Shown piece after piece: positions 13,140 through 26,186 of a stretch of 64,000 nt of DNA. The position numbers and the translations under genes are program-made. The DNA lies in contig OX597817.1 of assembly GCA_951406725.2 (NCBI GenBank), positions 125,364,001-125,428,000 of the forward strand, in the 5' to 3' direction. Every line of letters starts with the position of its first letter. Position 1 is the first letter of the stretch. Under the pieces are notes generated by a model. That model was not told where the DNA came from and did not search any database. It was given only the letters and a program-made list of their open reading frames with translations. Source of the DNA: Octopus vulgaris (lineage: Eukaryota).

Positions 13140-15110
13140 GAAGATGGTCTCAAAATGACACTTAAACTGTGATGTATTGTTATAACAGAAGCTAACCTGC
13201 CAATGTAGGCTACAGGAATGAATGCATAAAAAGTTGGTAAGGAAATACATGTTTCTTGTTGCAGAACAAAGACTTCTAAACCAGGAAAATTTCACCATGA
13301 AAAGTCAGTGGCTATTCCATTTGGAAACTGAAGAGATTATCAAAACAGTAAAAGATAAAGAACATAGCTTTCTGGAAGAAAATGAAGGAGAGAAAATTTG
13401 AACAAGTAATAGCAGAGTTCCATAAAGCATCAGGACAAAAATAATAACCAGGGTGCTAACAAATTTTATTAGATGGAAAGAAAAGCTGCTACAGTGGAAG
13501 AATGGAGCTTACAACTATAACTAACTGAGGCATGAACTAGTAAAAGAAAGGAACTCTCAACTTCGTGAAGAGTTGAAAGAAGAAAATTACGTAAGTTACA
13601 AAAACACTGGAGAAGGTGTTTATGAAAATCCAGGTTGGAAATAGAACAGATCTAAATAATCTTTTTGATAATAAAATTTCTTAGGATTGAAAGTCAAGGA
13701 AAAGCAAGAGACAAAACCTGTGATGGAAATCAAACTTGAGAATCAAGTTTAACAGCTCAACAGAGGTCCTGGAAGGATAAATGCAATAACAGAGACAGAG
13801 AATTATTGGTAGCTAAAGAAAGGATAGGAAAAAAACTATTTAGGCAGTATCAGGTAAAAAGTTTTGATGCTAACAAAAATAAAACGATACCAGCAAAACA
13901 GCTCTTCAGAAACAATGAAAGGAAATAGGAAATTTTACAAACAGCAGAACAGTTACAATGAGCATCAGTAGAAAAATGTGCCAACAGTCGAAGCAGCAAG
14001 GATGTTTTGGACAAACACTTGGAGCAACGAGATTCAACAAATCAGGGAAGCAGAGTGGTTATGAAAAATTTAAAAGTGAAATAGAAAATAGATAAAATTA
14101 AGATTATAAAAATATTACTGGTGAGAGAGTAAAATAAGATGCTTAAAAGAACAGAAAATAGATTGGAAAGCTCCCAGACCACATGGTGTGCAGAGTTTGT
14201 GGTTAAACATTACACAAGTAGGCACAGCTATACAGAAGTTATTTTTACAGGCTGTACAGTAAAGGGATCACACACAACCAGATAACAAAAAGAAAGGCAA
14301 TGCTACTACAGAATGACAAAGAACAAAGGGAAGGGAAGATAGTAATTATGTGTCTATTACATGCTTACTTGAGGGAAAGGGAGATAAAAATATAATTTTC
14401 TGTCCAGTAGAAATTAAGGTCTTTTTTTTTTTTTTAAGTTTCAGCTCAGAGCTGCGGCCGTGCTGATGCACCACCGTTGTCAAGGTATAGTAAATTAAAA
14501 TGATAATTAAATCTATCCAACGAGAATGAAATGCATGTAACTGTTGTAACCAGCATTATTTGACAATTAAAATAATAATATGGCAATTAAAATAATTTTG
14601 ACTGATTCTCTAATGCCTTTTTTTTCTCTCCAATACTTTAATTACTAATAATAATATCTGGAAATTATTAACTGGCCATATAGCCAATGAATTGCATAGA
14701 TTCCTGGAAAAGAAGAATTATCACCAGAAGAGCCACAGGGATGCAGAAAGAAGTCAAAGAAACTGTTGATCTGCTGCACGTTGAAAGTATGATGAGTGAG
14801 GTGTAAATAAGAATGAAAAACTTAGCATTTGGTTGGACCAACTATAAGAAAGACTACAATAATATTCCATACTGTTGGCTCTTAGAATGCCTAAGGACTC
14901 CTGGGAGCAATGAGAAGATTTTATTTTTAGAAAATATGATTAGATCATGAGAAGTGTAACTAAAATTGGAAAAAAATAATTAGAAAAATGAGAAAATTTG
15001 TGAAGAGATATTCTAGGGAGACTCGCTTGCTCTTTTACTTTACATCATTGCTGTGATCTTTTTCATAAGGCTGTGAAAATTCAGGTCTCACCATGAACTT
15101 GCCAAAGCTA
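13140..15110 (+). pseudogene. Old, heavily decayed R4/Dong-type element (N-terminal region and RT start)
   Basis: Remnant motifs in the expected order: EQRLLNQ (~13265), WKAPRPHG (~14165), NYVSITCL (~14345), EEPQGCRKKS (~14730), WTNYKKDYNNIPYCWLLECL (~14833), EIF*GDSLALLL (~15005). Many stops and frameshifts. Confidence 0.75.
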
Positions 15111-16253
15111 GGGTAAAAATGGGAGATGAAAAGTAAGTGATGTAATAGAGGAAAGAGTAAAAACAAAAGAAAAAGAAAGAAGAGAAGAGAATACAAAATA
15201 AAAGTAAGTAAAAGTCAAATAGAAAAAAACAATGATGGGAATAAAAAGGAAAATGTTGATATAAGAAGAAAAATGAAAGGAAAGAAGAAAATAAAAGAAA
15301 ACTAAAACAAGTAGAATGGAACAGATGTTTTCTTATTTGTGAAGACTAACCTTTGTAAAGTAGAGACTAAATTTATTCCCTAAAATGAAAAAGGAATTAA
15401 TGAAACTATCTTTAACTCACAGAAATACCTAGTCTTGCCTAGGTTTATAGAGAATGTCAAAACATGTCACATAACATATGACCTTCCCCCTGAAATGATG
15501 CATCTTTTGCCAAATTTCAAATGCCTAGATCTATGACTGGAAATGTACATGCATAAATTCACTTTTTTTATATATATGTTAAAGACATGAAATGTTACAG
15601 TGCATTGCAATTTGCAGCTCTCCCAGTAAAGTAAGGAGAAAAATAGACAAAAAAAATCACTAAAGCCTCAGGAAATCAATGAGATTTTAGCATCAGAGAA
15701 AAAAGAAATGTCAGTAAAATTCATAAAATCAAATAATTGCACAAATGTGTGTATCATAACGGAAGGTAAATTTTACAGTTCTTGTCAGGTATTTATCTAG
15801 AGATGAAGGAAGAAAGGAAAATTCTTGTTAAGCCCAGAGCCAGTCATAAAATGAAATTATTAAAATGTCAACTGAGTTCATATTGTGGATTGCAGAATCA
15901 GTAGAATGACAGACAAAATGCTGGAAGTATGTAGTTAATTCTATTCTGATATGCATTTTGTTCACATCCTATTGGGACCAAACTTTAATTTCATCATTCT
16001 AGGGACTCAATAAAATAAAGAACAAATACTCGAGTTGAAGTAATAAATCTTCCCTTCACAAAATTTAGTGGCTTTCTGAGTATGCATTAGAAGTCATGGT
16101 ATATATATATAAGTTTTTGTCACCTGAAGGATACTAACTAGCAAAAGAACTCTGAGCAGTGCTGAAAAGAATCATCTGTTTCAAATAAATTAATGAAATC
16201 TACTGCAATTAAACAATGCAATTTATAAATATAAAACAGGTTGGTAGCATTAC

Positions 16254-16667
16254 TTCTTTTACTCTTTTACTTGTTTCACTCATTTGACTGTGACCATGCT
16301 GGAGCACCACCTTTAGTCAAGCAAATCGACCCCAGGACTTATTCTTTGTAAGCCTAGTGCTTATTCTATTGCTCTCTTTTGCCGAACCACTAAGTTACGG
16401 GGACATAAACACACCAGCATCGGTTGTCAGGTGATGTTAGGGGGAACAAACATATACACACATGTGCATACATACATACATATACATATATATATACATA
16501 TATACGACGGGCTTCTTTCTGTTTCCATCTACCAAATCCACTCACAAGGCTTTGGTCAGCCCGAGGCTATAGTAGAAGACACTTGCACAAGATGCCATGC
16601 AGTGGGACTGAACCCAGAACCATGTGGTTCGTAATCAAGCTGCTTACCACACAGCACTCCTATGCCT
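16254..16667 (-). mobile_element. Family A SINE
   Basis: Full-length match to the family A copies. Confidence 0.85.
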
Positions 16668-16689
16668 AGGTTAATTGGTATTTAATATT

Positions 16690-17340
16690 TCAGAGATAGG
16701 TTGTCTTCCTCAGGAAATCTTTGGAGAAAGGTTGGTTGTCACTGACATCTTCATCCTGTAGTGAATGCATATTTGATATGCATTGCAATAGTAACCAATT
16801 TATTAATTAAAAGAGCTTCTTTCATTCTCAAATTCTTGATGTTTCTTTCCACAACTTTAAGGCAAACCTGGATGGCTTGGCTGTGGAATTTCTATAAATG
16901 TTTTCTGACAGAAGCAATAGTACAAAAATGTTCTTTAATCTGTATGTCTAATTGTCTGATGGTACTTTTGATGTAGATTTCATTGTTTTGCATGTGATTC
17001 TACACACTCCGTAGAACCTCAGAAATATATTTTCATTATTGATTGGACAGTTGGGCAGTGTATATATTGCATTGCTTTATCTTGATTTGTCTTTAGTTAG
17101 GACTCTATTCAAGGAAGGTCTGGAGTGTGTCAGTCATATATTCAACCCCTCCCTATATAGCACAGTAGATTGCAACAGTTGCTGTTCCATTAAATTGTGG
17201 CAGTTTCAAAAAATGTTATCCTCGGCTGTGTTGATTTTGTTAGGTAGTCTGGTGATATCCAAGCATTTAACAAAAGAATGTGGATAGCCTTTCTCAGTCA
17301 GAACCTACCCGAATTGTACACTATTGGTGTTTTTGCTGCC
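16690..17340 (-). pseudogene. Decayed Penelope-like element, GIY-YIG endonuclease region
   Basis: Minus strand reads YGVCRITCKNNEIYIKSTIRQLDIQIKEH, resembling the PLE pattern VY.I.C....YIG.T.R.L..RI.EH. Confidence 0.55.
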
Positions 17341-17463
17341 TACCTTGCCATATTTAATTTGTATCCTGTGAAACACATTTCTAATGTATGCGATCTTAGC
17401 CCTGACAGGCAGAGATGACTTGTAATGTACATACACACATATACATTATGTGTGTATGTGTGT

Positions 17464-17506
<43 letters not shown>

Positions 17507-17509
17507 AAG

Positions 17510-17690
17510 TTAATCCAAACATGAAAGCACAAAGAGAAAACACAACAACGAATGGACATGGAACAAGTATAGTGTTATTGGACGCTAAGGAAAGGAAACA
17601 AAGAAGGAGAATTTAACATTTTGAGCAGAGCTCTTTGTCAGAAACATAGAAAAAGGAAAGATCCAAGGAAGGGAAGACGGAGGAAAGAAT
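17510..17690 (-). mobile_element. Short PLE pseudo-LTR-like repeat with a CpG-decayed minimal hammerhead motif (17612-17644)
   Basis: Minus strand ttt CTGACAA a gagc tct gctc AAAA tg TT aaa, i.e. CTGACGA...CGAAACG after CpG decay. Related to 62068-62256. Confidence 0.5.
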
Positions 17691-18268
17691 TGCCACATAT
17701 ATACACACGTGACAGAAAAATAAATTGATTACATTTATTTAAGACATATGATAGCCATCTAAACACAGCTACAAATTCACTTTTGGTTTGTATGGTAGCT
17801 CTGTATGATAATAAAATATTTTGTAAACCATCTTTGACCTGATCAGTAAAACATTTCTTCACGTGTGTTTTTCATCATGAAATTATTTTATTTTCAATAT
17901 ATGATCACGAATCCCTAGTAAATTCTTCCCAACTTCAGCTCTGAAAATCATATTAGATGCTTTTGCTTATTCGTTATTTTTTTATGCATATCTGAATGTT
18001 GTATTTCATACTTTACAATATTTAGTTCAGTGGCATCATACTCAAAGGCTGAATTTTCAGTTTAATGTGTAATTATGTATCACAATTTCAACTGGTAGCA
18101 ACTATATCTGATTAAGGCAGGTAGGTATAGCCATGCCTCTCCAAAACTGTATTTATGTTAGGTGAGAACTAAATAGCATGCATAGATTAATGCATGTATA
18201 TAGGAATGCTTACGTATAATTATATATATATATATGTATGTATATATCTCTCTCTTTCTCTCTCTTTC

Positions 18269-18305
<37 letters not shown>

Positions 18306-18319
18306 TTTGTTTTTTGCCC

Positions 18320-18619
18320 TTTCCAAGCCTAACCATGCTCCTGGGCCTGGTTTCCTGGTTTCTGTGGCGTATATGTTCTCACCAGCTGGACGGGATACCA
18401 GTCCATCACAGCGTTACTCAAGAAACAGGAGAAGAGAGTGAGAGAATGTTGTGGCAAAAGAGTACAACAGGGGTCACCACCATTCCCTGCCAGAGCCTCG
18501 TGGAGCTTTTAAGTGTTTTCGCTCAATAAACACACACAACGCTCAGTCTGCGAATAGAAACCGTGATCCTCCAACAGTGAGTCTGCTGCCCTAACCACTG
18601 GGCCATTGCACCTCCACAT
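18320..18619 (-). mobile_element. tRNA-derived SINE, family B
   Basis: Head tgtggaggtgcaatggcccagtggttagggcag, homologous to 58583-58734. Confidence 0.75.
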
Positions 18620-20759
18620 ATACATACATGCATATGTATATTTATATATGCACGCCTATATATGAAATAAAATTATTTCTCTGCTAAAAAAGGCAAAAGT
18701 GCTTAAAATTTAACTGAACTCTATGAAAGTTAATCTGTAGTATTTTACCAGTAATTTCTTTAAAGTTTCGAATGATGAATGTGTAAAATAATTATTGAAA
18801 TATATATATGAAATAAAAATATTTCCTGGGTAAAAAGATAAAAATTCAAATTAGATATCTATTGAAAATACATATGGAATAATAACGAAAGGAAAAGTAA
18901 GTAATAGCTAAATAAGATATTATTGCTTTAAGTCATAATATGTTGCCTTGAGTTACATAACTTAGTAATAATAATATATTGCCATAAGTAATGTAAAATA
19001 ATCATATATTGCCTGGAAGTAATGCATAATTTATTTTCAAAAGATGAAAATAATATAAAATTTTGTAAAGAAAATTGTATGGAAATATAAAAAGTTTGTG
19101 ATGCATTAATATGAAGGATAAGAATAAATTTGAAGAGAGTTCTTGCTAGTTAAGTGATATAAAAGATTTTTTGGAAAGAATCATAAAGAGGAAGGCTTCT
19201 AGAAGAGATATATTCTCAGAGAAGTTTCAATTCCCAGTTGAGGCCATTTTATTTCACTTTATTCTTGCTTTACTTTAATAATGCAACAGGAAATTGCAAC
19301 AATATAGTGACTTCTCATCAGTCAATTCTAGAAATTGTGGGCCTTTATGTCTGCTAACTGAAGGGAAGCTAATATATATAAATATATATGACAGGTTGAA
19401 GATTGTAAAAAATTGTATTGTAATTAAATTAGCTAAAGAAGGAGAGAAAGACAAAAGGGAAAGAAAAGACACAAGAGAATATATGTAAGAATGAAAAGAT
19501 AGAAAAACAGAACAAGAAAGTGAGAATGAACAGAAAATGAAAAAAGAAAGAAAATAATTAATAAATGAAGAAAGGGAGAGATACCAATGATAAGAAAGGC
19601 AAAAATAAAATGAGAAAGAAATACAAACCTCACTGCAGAAATTCAATCTGAGAATTAACTTTATGGATCACCAGTGTGAGGGAAAACAGGAAATCAGTAT
19701 GAATGTAACCACTTTAACAAGGACTAAAGGTCTAAAATAGATATTTAAAAATAAACTTGTTTTAGAGTTTACTACAGGCTTGTCCTTCATTCTTCAATGC
19801 AAAGTAAACAAGTGATATAATTCTCCATGGGTAGGATACCAGATTAGATTATTCTGAGTACATCCCAGGTAAGTGTTGCCAGTTTCATATAGCCAGGTGA
19901 ACTGGAGGTATATAGAAGCAAAAGCATTTTAAAAATTTATGAAATATCTACAAAAGATTTAACCTAAAGAACTAGTATTATAACTACTCAGCTATTTTAC
20001 TTTTATAATTCGATAATGCTGATATTATCAACTGAATCATATCAAAGAAATTTATAAAGATTTCAGAAGCCTCTAAATGGAGGCTAGAAATTAACAGAGA
20101 AATACACTGAATGAGTAAAGGAAAGACTTAATATTTTATTTCACAAAAGCATGCAAGATGAGAAACAGTATTTATGATAGATAGTTTACGCTGCAATACA
20201 TGTGTTTGTACATATGTGAATGTATGCTTCATAATTTTACATTAGTTTTTCTACGCTTGCTATATACTATTTGTCCTCTATGCTGTAGAGGACAAATATA
20301 TGTTACTATGAGAGATATACCATCTTTCATAACTTCCATCTGATGGTCTTATATATTTTTGTTTGTCTAGCTCTTACTCTGGTGTCACTAATCAATGGTC
20401 AATGTTGACACATTATTTACTAAGATTAGACTTAGTTTTTAGAACCAGCCTTCTATCCCATTTCTGGGTAGGAATGAAATCTCTTTAGTTTGTATGATTT
20501 TAATCACTTGTGTGATTGATTTCTTGAAGTTAGTATTGCAAAAGATCAGGTCATTTTCCTTTGAGAACTCTAAGAGCTTTGACTGTTCCATTTCCTTTAG
20601 AACATTTTCTTAACCTTCATGTACAAAAGTGGCAATTGTGATATTATTCAATGTATCCATTAAAGTCCCAGCTGGGAAAAAGCATGCAATAATACTATCA
20701 GTATTATTTACAGTTTTTTATCGTTTTCATTTCTAGATTTAATTTTTAGACACTGCATT

Positions 20760-21845
20760 GCTCAATGCTTTATTTCTAAACAAAGATTCAGATAGGAAAC
20801 AACGTAAACATTTGTTTACACAAAAGATATGAATGATTATGCAGCGACTCTCCATTTGGACACCAAAAGTCAGTGAGGAAATCCTTCGTTAGAACAAAGG
20901 AATATTCCCCAACAAATGAAGTATTAGCTAAAGAAATTCAGAGAATAAAATAGATGGGATTATAAAATAAAAATAATAAACAAAGGGTATTCAAGCGAAT
21001 TAATAGACTAAATCACAAGAATAATACAGAAATACAATTCTACAGCCACATCAAAAACCATATCTATAAAACAAATATGAAGACTACATTAAGTGCATTA
21101 TATTTACCAGTGCAGACTAAGACATGAAAAGTTTTATAAATCAGGCTACAAAAGGCATTGCACTAAACCATAACTTAACATGAATAATCATTGGACCCTA
21201 CACTCTGCTTGTGAAGACCTGCTGAGGCAAGTGAAATCGAAATCAAAATCAAAATCAAATTCGATGACTGGCATCCATTCTAGTGGAGTGCTAAGAGTAC
21301 CATGCGAGTGTGATCGTTGCCAGATCAACAAGCTGGCCTCCGTGCTGGTGGCATGTAAAAAGCACCATTCAAGTGTCATTGTTACCTGCATTGCCTTACT
21401 GGCACTTGTGCTGGTGGCACGTGAAAAAAACATTTGAGCAAGGTCATTGCCAGTGCTACTAGACTGGCTCCTGTGCAGGTGGCACATAAAAAGCACCATT
21501 TGAGCATGGCCATTGCCAGTGGCACATAAAAGCACCCACAACACTCTTGGAGTGGTTGGCATTAGGAAGGGCATCCAGCTGTAGAAACTCTGCCAGATCA
21601 GATTGGAATCTGGTGCAGCCATCTGGTTCACCAGACCTCAGTCAAATCGTCCAACTCATGCTAGCATGGAAAGCAGACGTTAAACGATGACGATGATGAT
21701 GATGATGAATACACCATCAGATCACTAAATTACTTGGAAAAACTGTTCATGAACCACAATCAATAACTATAAAATCCACAAACAAGCTACTAATGACAAG
21801 TGGGATCTATGAATTCATTTGCAAAAGTGGAAGTTTGTAAACTTC
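20760..21845 (+). pseudogene. Decayed Penelope-like RT thumb to GIY fragment, interrupted by a retroposon
   Basis: DSPFGHQKSVRKSFVRTKEYSPTNEVLAKEIQRI...NKGYS, then SGIYEFICKSG after the insert. Confidence 0.5.
21187..21704 (+). mobile_element. RTE-related retroposon 3' end with subrepeats and (GAT)n tail
   Basis: TSD atgaata at 21180-21186 and 21705-21711. Same tail as 1-462. Confidence 0.7.
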
Positions 21846-22395
21846 ATGGCAACAACTGTTAATTTGGCCATGGATGGCATTTTCCTGCTGATGCATGAAG
21901 CACAAGAGAAAATAATTTCAGTACACAAAACAGAAAAAGTTAGTTTGTAATTAGTGGACAATTACAGACCTCTACAAAATTTAATTCCCTACTAAAGTCA
22001 GTGGTTAATGATAGAAGAAATACTCTTCACACAGCACAAAGCTAAATTAAACAGATAACATAGACTAGCTGCAAAAACAAGTAATATGTACCTAACTGAT
22101 TATTTGTAAATTAAATAATTAAGATTAAATACTAGTAGTAATTTATAGCAACATATGGCAGCAAGTCTTCATCATGAAGGTGTAATTATTGTAGAAAACA
22201 ATAACAAAAACCTGAAAAAAGCCTTTATAAGAAAAGGTGATGAAACTGGAATACTGTCATGTATTCATTACTACATCTATATATCTTGGATGGTTTACGA
22301 ATGCCATGCAAAAAAGCTAAACTGATTCCACATGAACTGCCTGAGAAGGCTGTTGGAAATCAACCAGTAAGACACTGCTGAGGAGAACACAAATC

Positions 22396-22462
22396 ATGTA
22401 TGTATGTATGTATGTATGTATGTATGTATGTATGTATGTATGTATGTATGTATGTATGTATG
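22396..22462. repeat. (ATGT)n microsatellite
   Basis: Direct reading. Confidence 0.95.
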
Positions 22463-22678
22463 TACTCTTTTACTTGTTTCAGTCATTTAACTGTGGCCAT
22501 GCTGGAACCCTACCTTTAGTCGAAGAAATCAACTCCAGGATTATTCTTTGTAAGCCTAGTACTTATTCTATTGGTCACTTTTGCCAAACTGCTAAGTGGC
22601 GGGGACATAAACACACCAGCATTGGTTGTCAAGCGATGTTGGGGGGACAAACACAGACACACAATCATATACACACAC

Positions 22679-22722
<44 letters not shown>

Positions 22723-22889
22723 ATACGATGGGCTTCTTTCAGTTTCCGTCTATCAAATCCACTCACAAGGCTTTTGGTTGGCCCGAAACTATAGAAGAAG
22801 ACACTTGCCCAAGGTGACACATAGTGGGACTGAACCCGGAACCATGTGGCTGGTAAGCAAGCTACTTACCACACAGCCACTCCTGAGCC
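22463..22889 (-). mobile_element. Family A SINE
   Basis: Full-length match to the family A copies. Confidence 0.85.
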
Positions 22890-22899
22890 AATGGAAAGT

Positions 22900-22969
22900 T
22901 GCATCAGTCAGGAATCAAACCCGGGTCGCTCGCGTGCCAGGCAAGCATTCAACCACTGAACCACAATGT
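22900..22969 (-). pseudogene. tRNA-Gly(GCC) pseudogene; anticodon now reads GGC
   Basis: Minus strand acattgtggttcagtggttgaatgcttgcctggcacgcgagcgacccgggtttgattcctgactgatgca versus invertebrate tRNA-Gly GCATCGGTGGTTCAGTGGTAGAATGCTCGCCTGCCACGCGGGCGGCCCGGGTTCGATTCCCGGCCGATGCA. Acceptor stem and T-loop are damaged. Confidence 0.8.
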
Positions 22970-23387
22970 ACGTATGTATGGCTATATGTATGTATGTATG
23001 TATTATAGACAAAATGCTTTGCATTCTTTATTTGCATATTTTGCCTCATAAGTTCAAATACCACAGAAGCTTACTTTGTATATTTATCATTCTGGGCTTA
23101 ATAACATAAAATACTGATGGAATATTGTAGTCAATTTAATCCACAATAACTCACTTGCCAAAATTTATGGCTTTACATGATGCTTACACTTTGTTATTAG
23201 TAATTAAAAGTGTTGGAGTGGAAAAACCATTAGAGAATCAGGCTAAATTATTTTGGGAGTCAAATTCATGCCTTTTTATATTCTAAATAAAAAATAACTG
23301 AGCCATGTACTTCATTTACTCTAAGTTGATTTAAAAGCCAATCAATTATCTGCTTTAAAATATTTTACCTCCCTACTCTTTCACCTG

Positions 23388-23833
23388 TAAGAAAATTGTA
23401 ATTTGTTCCCTTTTTCATCAGTTTCAATTCTGCTTCTCTTCAGTTTGATCCATGCTTGGTACTAGTGTTCTCCAGCAGTGGATTCATTCTATGGGCACAG
23501 ACATGGCTGCATGTTAAAATAATTTGCATTGTAACCATGTTGTTTCAGGTTCAATCCTACCATGTTGCACCTTTGTCACTTATCTTCTAGTCTAGCTCCA
23601 GACCAACTAAACAGTGATAAGCAAAAGCATAAACTGTGGAAGCCAGTTATAGCACATAATTTTGTTCTTGGGTGGTAAACATAACAATGGCTTTAGAGAA
23701 TCCTCATTATGTCGCCTCCTCAACAATCTTGGGAGATCCTGAAGAGCAGCATGGTTGCTTCTCTTTCTTTTAAATCATTAAAAAATATATGCAGATATGT
23801 ATATATATAAACACATGTATGTATGGATATGTG
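23388..23833 (+). repeat. Left arm of a ~445-bp inverted duplication (partner 27304-27746)
   Basis: Colinear reverse-complement match with scattered substitutions. Confidence 0.9.
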
Positions 23834-23854
23834 TTTGTGTGTATAAATATGTGA

Positions 23855-24258
23855 GGCGCAGGAGTGGCTGTGTGGTAAGTAGCTTGTTTACCAACCACAT
23901 GGTTCCGGGTTCAGTCCCACTGCGTGACATCTTGGGCAAGTGTCTTCTACTATAGCCTCGGGCCGACCAAAGCCTTGTGAGTGGATTTGGTAGACGGAAA
24001 CTGAAAGAAGCCCGTCGTAATAATGTATATATATGCGTGTGTGTGTTTGTGTGTCTGTGTTTGTCCCCCTAGCATTGCTTGACAACTGATGCTGGTGTGC
24101 TTATGTCCCCGTTACTTAGCGGTTTGGCTAATGAGATCGATAGAATAAGTACTGGGCTTACAAAAAGAATAAGTCGCGGGGTCGAGTTGCTCGATTAAAA
24201 GGCGGTGCTCCAGCATGGCTGCAGTCAAAAGACTGAAACAAGTAAAAGAGTAAAAGAA
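23855..24258 (+). mobile_element. Family A SINE
   Basis: Intact head ggcgcaggagtggctgtgtgg and family tail. Confidence 0.9.
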
Positions 24259-24552
24259 AGTATCTCTTACATGATGTCACCCGATTGTGTGCATATTCAG
24301 ACCTAGCACTTTCAAATTTTATAAATTGGAAATACTATACTGAAGAGAGAAGTAAGTAAAATTTCAATTACTTTAATCTTGAAACACGTATATAGTTAAT
24401 CCTGGTCATATTGATTCATTGTTTATTCTCTTTGCCTTCATAAAAAGCTATGTTAACGTCATGGAGATTTTTATAATAGCAGAAAAGGAATTTTAACTCC
24501 TGTTTCTAAATTCGGTATGTGGTGAAGCAATTAGCTGAACCCTAATTATAAT

Positions 24553-24583
<31 letters not shown>

Positions 24584-24807
24584 TAATCAATATAGGGTGG
24601 CAAAAAAATTTTTGTAGAATTCTTTTGCCACCAGCGGCCTAGTAGGAAAAAATTAAATAGTCATAAACTATTTTTACGTTCAACATCACAATCAAGGAAC
24701 GGCCATAATAGGCCATTCACCCACTAGAAATAACAGCCAAAAGCTTTAACCGCAAAATAACATTAATTCCGTAAACCAGGAGAAAATTGAAAAACTTTTA
24801 CCCTGTA

Positions 24808-24914
24808 ATTTCTTAGACGATGCACCGTTTCATCTACCGTTTAATGGTAAACTAACCTGATTAAATTAAATCAAGCCAATCCACCATAGGCCCTTAGACT
24901 CATCAGTAAGAAAT
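24808..24914 (-). ncRNA. Type I hammerhead ribozyme, copy 1
   Basis: Reverse complement of the 26080-26186 motif. Confidence 0.85.
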
Positions 24915-25299
24915 AGCCAAGTCGGAACAGATATTTTTCACGAGGCATTCCTCTTGCTACCTCGGCAATATCTGACCTAAAATTTTCAAATCGTCGCACT
25001 CGCGCCAAATTTATCGGCAGCAAATAAATATAAGCCACCGATTCCATTACGGAACTAACCAGAAAATTCATAATTAATCAATATAGGGTGGCAAAAAAAA
25101 TTTTTGTAGAATTCTTTTGCCACCAGCGGCCTAGTAGGAAAAAATTAAATAGTCATAAACTATTTTTACGTTCAACATCACAATCAAGGAACGGCCATAA
25201 TAGGCCATTCACCCACTAGAAATAACAGCCAAAAGCTTTAACCACAAAATAACATTAATTCCGTAAACCAGGAGAAAATTGAAAAACTTTTACCCTGTA

Positions 25300-25406
25300 A
25301 TTTCTTAGACGATGCACCGTTTCATCTACCGTTTAATGGTAAACTAACCTGATTAAATTAAATCAAGCCAATCCACCATAGGCCCTTAGACTCATCAGTA
25401 AGAAAT
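25300..25406 (-). ncRNA. Type I hammerhead ribozyme, copy 2
   Basis: Identical to copy 1 and 492 bp away. Confidence 0.85.
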
Positions 25407-25607
25407 AGCCAAGTCGGAACAGATATTTTTCACGAGGCATTCCTCTTGCTACCTCGGCAATATCTGACCTAAAATTTTCAAATCGTCGCACTCGCGCCAA
25501 ATTTATCGGCAGCAAATAAATGCGAGAGTGCGACGATTTGAAAATTTTAGGTCAGATATTGCCGGTGCAAGAAGGAATGCCTCGTGAAAAATATCTGTTC
25601 CGACACT

Positions 25608-25710
25608 ATTTCTTACTGATGAGTCTAAGCTATGGTGGATTGGCTTGATTAATTTAATCAGGTTAGTTTACCATTAAACGGTAGATGAAACGGTGCATCG
25701 TCTAAGAAAT
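25608..25710 (+). ncRNA. Type I hammerhead ribozyme, copy 3
   Basis: Core and stems intact; small deletions in the stem II loops. Confidence 0.8.
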
Positions 25711-26079
25711 TACAGGGTAAAAGTTTTTCAATTTTCTCCTGGTTTACGGAATTAATGTTATTTTGTGGTTAAAGCTTTTGAGCTGTTATTTCTAGTGGGT
25801 GAATGGCTATATGGCCGTTCTGATTGTGATGTTGAACAGTAAAAATAGTTTATGACTATTTAATTTTTTCCTACTAAACGCTGGTGGTAAAAGAATTCTA
25901 CAAAATTTTTTGCCACTATATTGATTAATTATGAATTTTCTGGTTATTCCGTAATGGAATCGGTGCTTATTTATTTGCGATAAATTTGGCGCGAGTGCGA
26001 CGATTTGAAAATTTTAGGTCAGATATTGCCGAGGTAGCAAGAGGAATGCCTCGTGAAAAATATCTGTTCCGACTTGGCT

Positions 26080-26186
26080 ATTTCTTACTGATGAGTCTAA
26101 GGGCCTATGGTGGATTGGCTTGATTTAATTTAATCAGGTTAGTTTACCATTAAACGGTAGATGAAACGGTGCATCGTCTAAGAAAT
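26080..26186 (+). ncRNA. Type I hammerhead ribozyme, copy 4
   Basis: Stem I atttctta/taagaaat. CTGATGA at 26088-26094. Stem II gtcta/tagat. GAAA at 26163-26166. Stem III cggt-gc-atcg. GUC triplet ends at 26178. Confidence 0.85.

Noticed and set aside
22396-23008. Recurrent ORFs with RWASFSFRLPNPLTRLW / DGLLSVSVYQIHSQGFG
   Set aside because: They are open frames of the family A SINE, not a gene family.
24871-25071. 66-aa ORF inside the 492-bp unit
   Set aside because: No recognisable domain, and it overlaps the ribozyme and hairpins; likely incidental.
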